Under the pieces are notes generated by a model. That model ran no database searches, was not told the DNA's origin, and saw nothing but the letters and a program-made list of their open reading frames with translations. From the NCBI GenBank assembly GCA_963795855.1, contig CAWCIZ010000003.1:576001-640000 (forward strand): 64,000 bases of DNA, written 5' to 3'. Positions 29,830 through 38,963 of the stretch are shown piece by piece. The number at the start of each line of letters is the position of its first letter. The stretch's first letter is position 1. The position numbers and the translations under genes were made by a program. Origin of the DNA: Vulcanimicrobiota bacterium. Its GTDB lineage: Bacteria > Vulcanimicrobiota > Vulcanimicrobiia > Vulcanimicrobiales > Vulcanimicrobiaceae.

Positions 29830-31313
29830 GCGACCATTGCCAAGCGTTCCAGTACGGCGACGTCGGCGATGCGCCGCTGCACGATCGATGCAAAACGGCG
29901 GCGCGCCGCCGGATCGTACGTTGCCAAGCCGTTTTCTTCAGCACGGTCCGTCTCGGCGTCGCACAAGCGGCTGATATTGAAGCCATTCGGCGGGATCTGC
30001 GAGCACTCGAGAAACCATTGCGTGTCGGGATCCGCCGTCGTGAAAATCTCGGTAAAAAGCACTTGAAAGTTCCCGCCGAACATCGGTCCGCCGGCCGAGG
30101 CCGGAGCGCGGAACTGTTGCGGCGTATAAGAACGCAACGTGACGTCGATTCCGGCGCTTCGGAGTTGTTGCTGCAACTGCACGCCGATCGATGCCGAGGC
30201 GGCGATGCCGGACTCAAAAGCATATGTGAGTGAAACGCGCCGGCCGGCGAGCACGCGTTTTGCGTCCGCGGGCCGGTAGACCGCCGGCTCCGGCACCGCC
30301 GGATCGTATCCCCAATTGAATAAGCCGCGATTCGCTGCGTTCGTCGTCTGCGTCCCACGCGTCACGTTTCGGACGATCTCGGGCAAATTCAGGGCTTCGA
30401 TGATTGCGTGCCGCGTCGGCAGACTCGCGACCGCTGGATTTGCTACGTTGAAAATCAACGCGCCGAACGCGGCAAAGGGGGCGCGAATAACTTGCACTTT
30501 CGAGATCGATTTGTACTCCGGCAGATGTGCGGGATCCGCGAAGAAATAGGCGCCCACTTCGCCCGTGCGCAGCTGATCGAGGATGGTGTTCGAGTTTGGT
30601 ACGAACTTTAGCGTGATTTGCGCGATCGCCGGCAAACCCCGAAAGTATCCCGCGTTCCTCACCAGCGTCAGATGATCGCCGCGAACCCACTGGACAACGC
30701 GATAGGGCCCGGAGCCGATCGGCTGCGCGTTGAACGGAATGTTGTTGATATTGGCATAGCCGTGCAGCAAGTGCTCGGGCAGGATGCCGTAATTTTGATT
30801 CGGCGCGAAGAACGTTCCCAGAATCGGCGAGTACGGCGCGCGCAGTCGCACGCGAACAGTTGAGGGATCCGGTGCGCTCACCGAAACGATGCGATCGTAC
30901 CCATAGCGCGACTGCACGTTGTTGTTCCGATCCATGATCGCGGCAAACGTGAACGCGACGTCGCGCGCAGTCAGCGGCGCGCCGTCCTGCCACCTCACGT
31001 TTTTGCGCAGGTGATAGATAATCGTGCGCCCGTCCGGGGAAATGCCGCCGTTCGAAAGCGACGGAACCTGCGTGGCGACGTCCGGCTGCAGACGCCCATG
31101 CGCGTCGATCGTCAGCAAATACGAGTAGACGAGCGGAACGATCATCAGGCTTGACGGCCCCTCCAACAAAAGTTGATTGAGGGACTGCGGCTCGCGAGGC
31201 TCAGCAATCACGAGGCGTTCCTCGCCGGTTGCCACGCCGCCCGAATTGCGGCACGAAACGAAGCCGGCGAACACCCCCGCAATCACCAACCATCGCATCG
31301 CCGCTACAAGCAT
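29813..31313 (-). CDS. Peptide ABC transporter substrate-binding lipoprotein (family 5) with apparent deletion near the C-terminus
   Basis: Lipobox FVSC, LRKNVRWQDG..TARDVAFT, PIGSGPYRV. The family-like tail SPYWNAWQW is in another frame ending at 29813. Confidence 0.85.
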
Positions 31314-31534
31314 TTGCACGTCTTCTCTACGACCGTCGCCTGAATCCCGGCCGCACGGAATCGGCGGCGGCGTGCCCTTTCTCACGGCTCCGACCTTGCC
31401 GCTTGCCTCCGGCTCAGGTTTCTTGGGAAAATACGTCGGGCACCGCGAAAGTGACCCGCCCGCGATAGATTGGGCGGTTCGCCGTGCAGGGAGGCACGCT
31501 GAAGCGTGCGGCCTCATAAAAAGGGAAGGCAAGT

Positions 31535-33247
31535 TTGGCCAAGATGATCCAGCGGCCCAGCGGTTTGGGCGCGCAACCGACCGACGAGTTCGTCCACGAG
31601 AAGGAACAGTGGGAGGCGGCCTCCGCCAAGGGCAAGCCGCGCCGCGGTCCCGGGTCGGGCGCGCTCGATCGTACGATTTCGGACCTGCCGCTCAAGACGC
31701 TCTACGGGCCGGAAGACGTCGCGCACCTGGACCTCGCGCACGACTTGAGCTATCCCGGCGGCTATCCATACACGCGCGGTATCCACCCCAACATGTACCG
31801 CGACCGTCTGTGGACGATGCGCCAGTTCGCCGGTTTCGGAAACGCCAAGCAAACCAACGCGCGCTATCATTTTTTGCTCTCGCACGGCCAGCACGGGTTG
31901 TCGGTTGCGTTCGATATGCCGACATTGATGGGCTACGATTCGGATGCGGCGCAGGCGCGCGGCGAAGTCGGCAAATGCGGCGTCGCGATCGACTCGCTCG
32001 CCGACATGGAGGCGCTTTTCGACGGCATCGACATGGGCGACATCACCACGTCCATGACGATCAACGGACCGGCCTGCATCGCGCTCGCGCAATATGTCGC
32101 CGCAGCGGAAAAGAAAGGCATTCCGCGCGCCAAGCTGGGCGGCACGATACAAGCCGACATTCTGAAAGAATACATCGCGCAGAAAGAATGGATCTTTCCG
32201 CCGCGCCCGCATATGCGCGTCATCGTCGACATGATGCGGTTCTGCCGCGACGAGATGCCGAAGTGGAACACGATCTCCATCAGCGGCTACCACATTCGCG
32301 AGGCGGGTTCGACGGCGGTGCAAGAGCTCGCCTTCACGCTGGCCGACGGTTTCGCGTACGTCGAAGCCGGCATGAAAGCCGGCATGGACGTGGACTCATT
32401 TGCTCCGCGTCTGTCGTTCTTCTTCAACGCGCACATCGACTTTTTCGAAGAAATTTGCAAATATCGCGCCGCCCGCCGCATTTGGGCGCGACACATGCGT
32501 GAAAAGTACGGTGCGAAGGATCCGCGCTCGTGGCAGCTGCGCTTCCATACGCAGACCGCCGGATGCAGCGCGACTGCGCAGCAGCCGGAGAACAACATCG
32601 TTCGCGTTGCGTACGAAGCGATGGCGGCGGTTCTGGGCGGCACGCAGTCGCTGCACACGAACTCCATGGATGAAGTGCTCGCGCTGCCGACCGAAAAATC
32701 GGTCGAAATCGCGTTGCGTACGCAGCAGGTGCTCGCGTACGAAACGAACGTCACCAACGTCGTCGATCCGCTCGGCGGCTCGTATTACGTTGAGTCGCTT
32801 ACCGACGAGATGGAAAAGCAGGCCGAAGAGTATTTTCGGCAGATCGACGAGTACGGCGGCGTCATCGAAGCGATCGAGGCGGGATTCTTTCAACGTGAAA
32901 TCGCCGATGCGAGCTATCGGTACCAGCGGTCGCTCGAAACGAAAGAACGCGTCGTCGTCGGCGTCAACGCATTCGAAAAAGAAGAGGATCGCGGCGACCT
33001 GGAGCTGCTCAAGATTACGGAAGAGATCGAACGCGGCCAGGCGCAAGCAGTCAACGCCGTTCGAACCGGCCGCGACCGGCAAAGCCTGCAGCGCGCGCTC
33101 GAACGTCTCAAGCAAGCCTGCAGCGATCCGGGCGACAACCTCATGCCCCACTTGATCGATTGCGTGAACGCGTATGCGACCGAAGGCGAGATCGTCGAAG
33201 CGATGGTTGAAGTCTACGGGCGCTACACGGAGCGCGCGGCATTTTGA
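31535..33247 (+). CDS. icmA: B12-dependent acyl-CoA mutase large subunit, isobutyryl-CoA mutase type
   Basis: YPYTRG, WTMRQFAGF (Phe), DILKEYIAQKEW (Gln), ISGYHIREAG, FHTQTAG, QSLHTN; no fused B12 domain. Confidence 0.88.
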   Translation: MAKMIQRPSGLGAQPTDEFVHEKEQWEAASAKGKPRRGPGSGALDRTISDLPLKTLYGPEDVAHLDLAHDLSYPGGYPYTRGIHPNMYRDRLWTMRQFAGFGNAKQTNARYHFLLSHGQHGLSVAFDMPTLMGYDSDAAQARGEVGKCGVAIDSLADMEALFDGIDMGDITTSMTINGPACIALAQYVAAAEKKGIPRAKLGGTIQADILKEYIAQKEWIFPPRPHMRVIVDMMRFCRDEMPKWNTISISGYHIREAGSTAVQELAFTLADGFAYVEAGMKAGMDVDSFAPRLSFFFNAHIDFFEEICKYRAARRIWARHMREKYGAKDPRSWQLRFHTQTAGCSATAQQPENNIVRVAYEAMAAVLGGTQSLHTNSMDEVLALPTEKSVEIALRTQQVLAYETNVTNVVDPLGGSYYVESLTDEMEKQAEEYFRQIDEYGGVIEAIEAGFFQREIADASYRYQRSLETKERVVVGVNAFEKEEDRGDLELLKITEEIERGQAQAVNAVRTGRDRQSLQRALERLKQACSDPGDNLMPHLIDCVNAYATEGEIVEAMVEVYGRYTERAAF

Positions 33248-33405
33248 TGATTATGCGTACACAAACAGCGCAAGAGCGGCAAGCCGCCGCCGACACACTC
33301 AAGGAAGTCATGACCAAACTCGAGGAGGCGCTTCGCCTTTCACGCACGCTCGAGGAGGAAGACCGCCGGCGTAGGGAACGCTGTGGAGCGGCCGGGCGTG
33401 GCTAG
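33247..33405 (+). CDS. Unannotated 52-aa helical protein inside the mutase operon
   Basis: ATG overlaps the icmA stop (TGATG); MIMRTQTAQERQAAADTLKEVMTKLEEALRLSRTLEEEDRRRRERCGAAGRG; stop overlaps the icmB start region. Confidence 0.6.
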   Translation: MIMRTQTAQERQAAADTLKEVMTKLEEALRLSRTLEEEDRRRRERCGAAGRG

Positions 33406-33811
33406 ACCGCTGCGCATCGTCATCGCGAAAGCCGGCCTGGATGGACACGATCGCGGCGCGAAAGTGATCGCGCGCGCGTTGCGTGACGCCGGCATGGAAG
33501 TCATCTACACGGGATTGTTCCAAACGCCCGAGCAGATCGTGCAAACCGCGATCCAAGAAGACGCCGACGGCATCGGGCTTTCGATTCTGTCGGGCGCGCA
33601 CATGACGCTGTTCCCGCTCATCGTCGATCAGCTCGGGACGCAAGGTGCGGAAGACATCGTGTTTTTCGGCGGCGGCACGATTCCGCCCGAGGACGCGGAC
33701 GAACTGCGCCGCAAAGGCGTGAAGGCGATTTTTACGCCGGGCGCGCCGCTGAGCGAGATTGTCGATTTCGTGCAGCGCGAGTGCGGGAAGCGTCGCGAGC
33801 TCGTAGGCTGA
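33398..33811 (+). CDS. icmB: Cobalamin-binding small subunit of acyl-CoA mutase
   Basis: AKAGLDGHDRGAKV (DxHxxG), SILSGAH, GGGTIP, IFTPG. Confidence 0.92.
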   Translation: MARPLRIVIAKAGLDGHDRGAKVIARALRDAGMEVIYTGLFQTPEQIVQTAIQEDADGIGLSILSGAHMTLFPLIVDQLGTQGAEDIVFFGGGTIPPEDADELRRKGVKAIFTPGAPLSEIVDFVQRECGKRRELVG

Positions 33812-33959
33812 CGGGCGATACCCCTCCATTCCGGACCACGCGCGACTTTTGCCATCCGTGGCAAAAGGTGCCCTGCCTCTTGCGCGCTTATCTACACGTC
33901 CGTGTTTAGGCGCGCAATTCACACGCTCCGGAATGAAGATGTACCGCCCCTCATCCTAG
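33803..33959. other. Long imperfect inverted-repeat element (structured RNA or MITE-like)
   Basis: Outer arms match at 22/27 nt and enclose two inner hairpins; fills the icmB-gltX gap. Confidence 0.5.
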
Positions 33960-33981
33960 CCAACCCGCTCCTTGGAAGCAG

Positions 33982-35436
33982 ATGATTCAAACGCAAACGG
34001 TTAGAACCAGAGTCGCTCCCTCGCCGACCGGCGACCCGCATGTCGGAACCGCATACGTTGCGCTCGTCAACCTGTGTTTGGCGAAAAAATCCGGCGGTGA
34101 ATTCGTCCTGCGCATTGAGGACACGGATCGCGTCAGAAGCACGCGAGAGAGCGAACAGGCCATCCTCGATTCGCTGCGATGGCTCGGTCTAACGTGGAGC
34201 GGCGATCCGTTCCGGCAAAGCGAGCGCTCGGAGATCTATCGCGAGCACGTCGACCGGCTGCTGGATGAAGGCAACGCCTTCCGCTGCTTCTGCACGCCGG
34301 AGCGTTTGGAGGCGATGCGCGAAGCACAGCGCGCCGCAAAACAGCCGCCGCACTACGACGGGCATTGCTTGACGCTCACCGCCGGGGAGATTGCCGAACA
34401 GCAGCGGCTCGGGGTTCCGTTCGTCGTGCGTATGAAGGTGCCGCAGCAGGGCGTTTGCGTCTTCGACGATCTGCTTCGCGGACGCATCGAGATCGAATGG
34501 AAGAGCGTCGACATGCAGGTGCTCATGAAATCGGACGGCTTTCCCACCTACCATCTCGCCAACGTCGTCGACGATCACCTCATGGGGATCACGTACGTCA
34601 TTCGCGGCGAAGAGTGGATCAGCTCCGCGCCCAAGCATCTCCTGCTGTACAGTTACTTCGGCTGGGATCCGCCGAAGATCTGTCATTTGCCGCTCTTGCG
34701 CAATCCCGATAAAAGCAAACTCAGCAAGCGAAAGAACCCGACCAGTATTCTCTACTTTCGCGAGCGAGGATACCTTGCGCAGGCGCTGCTCAACTTTCTG
34801 GGCGTGCTGATCGATTCGCGCAACGACGACCCCGCGCTGCTTGCCGTTGCGTCGCCGGCGAATCTGGTGGATGCGATGGCGGAGCACTTCGAGTTGGAAC
34901 GTATTGCCCTGGGCGGCCCGGTATTCGACCTGAGCAAATTGAATTGGTTGAACGGCCAGTGGATCCGCAAATACGGCGCGCAGCAGTTCTTGGACGTGTT
35001 GAGCGATTGGGGCTTTACCTGGCCGCAAGCCATTCCGCAGGCGCAGCGGGTCCATATTGCCGCCGTGGCGGCGCCGCGAATCGAAACGCTGGCCGACTTT
35101 CCGCCGCTGATTGAGTTTTTGGTCGACGCTCCCGCCCTCACCCGCCGTGACCTCGCGCTGCCCAAACTTTCGGAGGAAGAAGGTAAACCGGTTTTGACGT
35201 CCGCTATAGATGCGTTGCTCACGCTCGAGGAAACGCAGTGGGACCAAGCATCCATCGGCGAGCGTCTGAAGGCCGCGGCAACGGAGAACGGACGCAAGTT
35301 CAAAGACGTTGCGCGTCTGTTCTACATCGCGATCACGGGAAGTCCGACCTCGCTCCCGCTTTTCGACGGCATGGAAATTCTCGGAAAAATCGAGTCGGTG
35401 CGCAGGCTGCGCGCGGCATTGGAGGCGTTGCACTAA
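33982..35436 (+). CDS. gltX: Glutamate--tRNA ligase
   Basis: RTRVAPSPTGDPHVGT, LRIEDTD, PTYHLANVVDDH, RGEEW, KLSKR. Confidence 0.95.
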   Translation: MIQTQTVRTRVAPSPTGDPHVGTAYVALVNLCLAKKSGGEFVLRIEDTDRVRSTRESEQAILDSLRWLGLTWSGDPFRQSERSEIYREHVDRLLDEGNAFRCFCTPERLEAMREAQRAAKQPPHYDGHCLTLTAGEIAEQQRLGVPFVVRMKVPQQGVCVFDDLLRGRIEIEWKSVDMQVLMKSDGFPTYHLANVVDDHLMGITYVIRGEEWISSAPKHLLLYSYFGWDPPKICHLPLLRNPDKSKLSKRKNPTSILYFRERGYLAQALLNFLGVLIDSRNDDPALLAVASPANLVDAMAEHFELERIALGGPVFDLSKLNWLNGQWIRKYGAQQFLDVLSDWGFTWPQAIPQAQRVHIAAVAAPRIETLADFPPLIEFLVDAPALTRRDLALPKLSEEEGKPVLTSAIDALLTLEETQWDQASIGERLKAAATENGRKFKDVARLFYIAITGSPTSLPLFDGMEILGKIESVRRLRAALEALH

Positions 35437-36812
35437 ATGCGGTTGCGAGCGATCGTTCTGGCGGCGGGCAAAGGCACGCGCATGAAGAGCGCAATGCCGA
35501 AAGTGCTGCACGAATTGTGCGGACGTCCGATGCTGTGGTACGTCGTTCGCGCTTTGCGTTCCGCGGGTGTAGACGAGGTCGTCGTCGTCACGAACGACGA
35601 ATTGCAGCCGCGCATGGAGGAATTCGGCGTGCGCGGCATCGTGCAGGCCGAGCAGCTGGGCACGGGTCATGCGGTGCAGGTCGCGCTTGGCGAGCTGGAA
35701 GAGGAGCGCGACGGCCGGATCGTCATCGCGTACGGCGACATGCCGCTCGTGCACGACGAGATATTTCGCGGCGTCATCGGCTCGCTGCGCGAGCATGCAA
35801 ACGGTACGCCCGCATTGGCGATGGTGACCGTGAAGATGCCGCTGCCATCGAACTTCGGGCGCGTCATCCGGCGCGGCCACGACGTCGAACGCATCGTCGA
35901 AGCGCGCGATGCGACGCCGTCGGAACTCGAGATCGAAGAGATGAATGCCGGGATCTATGCGTACCGGGAGGATGCGCTGCGATCCGCAGTCTCACGCTTA
36001 CGCAACGACAACGCGCAAGGCGAGTATTATTTGACGGACACCATCGCGGATTTCGTGCGCGGCGGCGAACGCGTCGTCCCCGTGATGGCCGGCGATCATC
36101 TTCACGTTCTTGGCATCAACGACCGGGTCGAGCTCGCGGCGGCTCGCAAGGAAATGAACAAACGCTTGTGCGCGCAGTATATGCGCGACGGCGTCACCGT
36201 CATCGATCCGGACGCGACGTATCTGGAGCCCGAATTGACGATCGGTCGCGACACCGTCATCTATCCGAACAGTACCATTGGGCGTCTCTCGCAGACGGGC
36301 GAGCAGTGCGTCGTCGGCCCGAACGCGCGGCTTTCTAATGCGCGTCTCGGCGATCGCGTCACGGTTCGCGAAAGCGTCATCCTGGACAGCAGCGTGGGCG
36401 ACGACGTCACGGTCGGCCCGTTCGCGCATCTGCGTAACGAAACGGTACTTGCCGACGGCGTGAAGATCGGGAACTTCGTCGAGGTCAAGAACTCGCGTCT
36501 CGCCGCCGGAGTCAAGGCGAGCCACCTCTCGTACTTGGGCGATGCGGAAATCGGTGAGGATACGAACGTCGGCGCCGGAACGATCACGTGCAACTTCGAC
36601 GGCGTTCAAAAGAATAAAACGACTATCGGGCGCAACGTTTCAATCGGTTCCAATACGTCCCTCGTCGCGCCCGTTACGCTCGGCGATAATGCGTTGACCG
36701 GCGCTTCCGCCGTCGTGACGAAAGACGTCCCGGCAGGCGGGCGGGTGGCCGGAAATCCCGCCCGTCCGCTGCCGGAAAAACACTACTCCCGATATTGGTC
36801 ACTAGCGGATAG
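35437..36812 (+). CDS. glmU: Bifunctional UDP-GlcNAc pyrophosphorylase / glucosamine-1-P acetyltransferase (true stop probably 36810-36812)
   Basis: LAAGKGTRMKS..PKVLH, QLGTGHAV, NAQGEYYLTD, GNFVEVK, HLSYLGDA, GAGTITCNFDG. The read-through to 37173 is explained by one missing base at ~36787. Confidence 0.95.
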
Positions 36813-38509
36813 ATGTCGAAGCTGCCCAGTCCGGTCACGTAATCGTAACGCGGCAGCGCGCAGAACGCCGGATTGCAGCCGGTCAGCACGTCGTGGAAGC
36901 CGTAGATTTCCTGCGTCGGAGGCGGTCCCGTGCTCGTGCTTTGCGCGCTTGCGTGCAGTTTGTAAATCCGGTAGAAACGCGGCGCGCCGAAACCGAGCGC
37001 GTTCGAGTGATTCGTTTGCGCGATTGCATAAGTGCCCATCGCGAGCGGCGATGCGAGGCTCGTTCCGCCGACTTCATACTCGCTTCCGGCAGACCACAGC
37101 AGTGCGCCGGTTTCGAGCGATGCGTCCATGGCCACGTCCGGAACGCCGCGGAAGTTTCCGCCGTTCGAGCTGACGGGCTGCGCCCACGCTTCCCAATACG
37201 GCGAATATTCGAACTGGCTCACGCCGCCGCCGCCCGATTCCCATCCGGATTCGCCCTGGTACGCGCCGCTGGATTGTGAGATGAGATCCGTTCCGCCGAC
37301 GGCCACGATGTACGGCGACGCCGCCGGATAACTTACGAACGGTGCGCCGGCGGGAACGCCGTTCGGCGTCCCGACGCTGCAGAACGCGCCCGTGTCGCCG
37401 GAGGACGCAAACATGGTCTGCCCGTGCGAGGCGCCTTCGAGCAGCACCTCATCGTCGAGCAGCATCGAGCCGTCGACATACGGAAACGCTTCGCATTCAC
37501 CGAACGACGAATTGCCGAGTTTTGCGACGTCGTCCGTCACCCAATGATTGTATTCCAGCGCGATGTCCGAATCGGTCAACGACGTCGTGTCGTACACGTA
37601 CAGGGTTTTCACGATGTGCGCGATGCCCGTCGAAGACGTCATGTCGAGCGTCCATTCGAGATCGCCGGCCGTGTCGGTGCTTGCCAAGCCCACCGGCTTG
37701 ACGTACACCGTGGCGCGCGGTACGCCGAACTTGGTTTCGTTCACCCGCAGGTCGTTGATTGCGGGCTGCACGTTGCCCTCGGCCATGACGCCGATCGTCG
37801 TCGCACTTCCGGTCAGCGTGCGCGCGTCGTACGCAATGCGGAACGTGGCCGGATCGAACCAGCGCTGACACGGATTCGTGACGCCGCCGGTACAGGGCGT
37901 GACGTGCGGTTTTACGTTGAACGCTTGGAACGTGTTCAATCCCAGCACGGCGATGACGATACCGTTGAGCGACGCCGGCACGTACGCGGGCGTGCGGTTT
38001 GCATAATACGTCTGTCCCGCCTCGCTATACCGGTGCAGCGTGGTATCGAATGCAGTTTGCGCTTGCGCCGCGGTGCCGTTCGCGCTCACGATGAGGTTGT
38101 TCGGCTCGACGGCGATATTGGTGAAGCCCTTGCTTTGCAGATACGCTTTTACGGCGCTTACCTGCGCTGCGGTCGGTGCGTAGTTTGCCATGAACGTTGC
38201 GTCGCTGACGGCTTGAAACGCTGCGACCGCGCTTTTCAAACCGTTGGCATTGCGCAGTGCGAGACCCAGACGCACCGTCAGCGGCGTCGACGGCGAGAGC
38301 GCGCCGAGATCGCTCGCTTTACTCAAGACGAATGAAAGCGTGTGCGTAGCCGCCCAGCCCGTTGGTACGGCCGCGACGCTTTGCGCGGTGTCACCGGAAT
38401 TTCCACCAGGCAGAGCCGCAGAACTTTGCGGCAGAACGCCTGCGCCATGTCCCGCGCATGCCGAAAGCAGCAAGGCGGCAGCCAGCGCCACGAACGAATA
38501 GTTTCTCAT
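36783..38509 (-). CDS. S53 (sedolisin/kumamolisin) protease lipoprotein with pro-domain
   Basis: Lipobox LSAC, EWTLD (ExxLD), SSGDTG, RGVPDVA, GGTSLASP, YDYVTGLGS. Confidence 0.9.
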
Positions 38510-38639
38510 GCCTTTCCTCCACGAAAGTGCGGCATAGTTTACCCTGTTCGTCGATCAGATTACGCAGGGAACCGGCGAAACGACATACCGGAAATCAGGT
38601 AGGGCGCGGCGCCTGGTTCGCCGATACGATGGACGAGCG

Positions 38640-38960
38640 ATGGTCGTATCACTAGCGGGCGAATGGGACATCTATCGGCGGGAGGAGCTGCAAAACCGCC
38701 TCGCGCCTGCTTATTACGAACGCGAAGTCGTTTTCGATCTGACGGCCGCGAAGTACGTGACGAGCACCCTCGTCTGCGAACTCATCGTTGCGCAAAGATT
38801 GCGAGGGGAACGGCAGTTGCCGCCGGCAAGGTTGGCGGTGCGCTCCGCATTCGTACGTCGCCTCCTCGCTGCGACCGGGCTCGATAGCGTTTTTCCGATC
38901 TTCGAAAGCGTCAAGAAAGCGGTGCAAACGTCTTGCGACGTCAAAGCAGAATCGGCGTAA
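38640..38960 (+). CDS. STAS-domain anti-sigma factor antagonist-like protein
   Basis: VSLAGEWDI, VVFDLTAAKYVTST, VRRLLAATGLDSVFPIFES. Confidence 0.8.
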   Translation: MVVSLAGEWDIYRREELQNRLAPAYYEREVVFDLTAAKYVTSTLVCELIVAQRLRGERQLPPARLAVRSAFVRRLLAATGLDSVFPIFESVKKAVQTSCDVKAESA

Positions 38961-38963
38961 GGG

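Noticed and set aside
31333..31534. Canonical cobalamin riboswitch upstream of the mutase
   Set aside because: I could not find the B12 box or core motifs; only GGGAAGGC, which doubles as the SD.
33812..33981. T-box, tRNA or SRP RNA upstream of gltX
   Set aside because: No T-box consensus, cloverleaf or SRP helix-8 motif seen.
36813..37173. Long C-terminal extension of GlmU
   Set aside because: Arg-rich read-through antisense to the S53 gene; removed by one base at ~36787.
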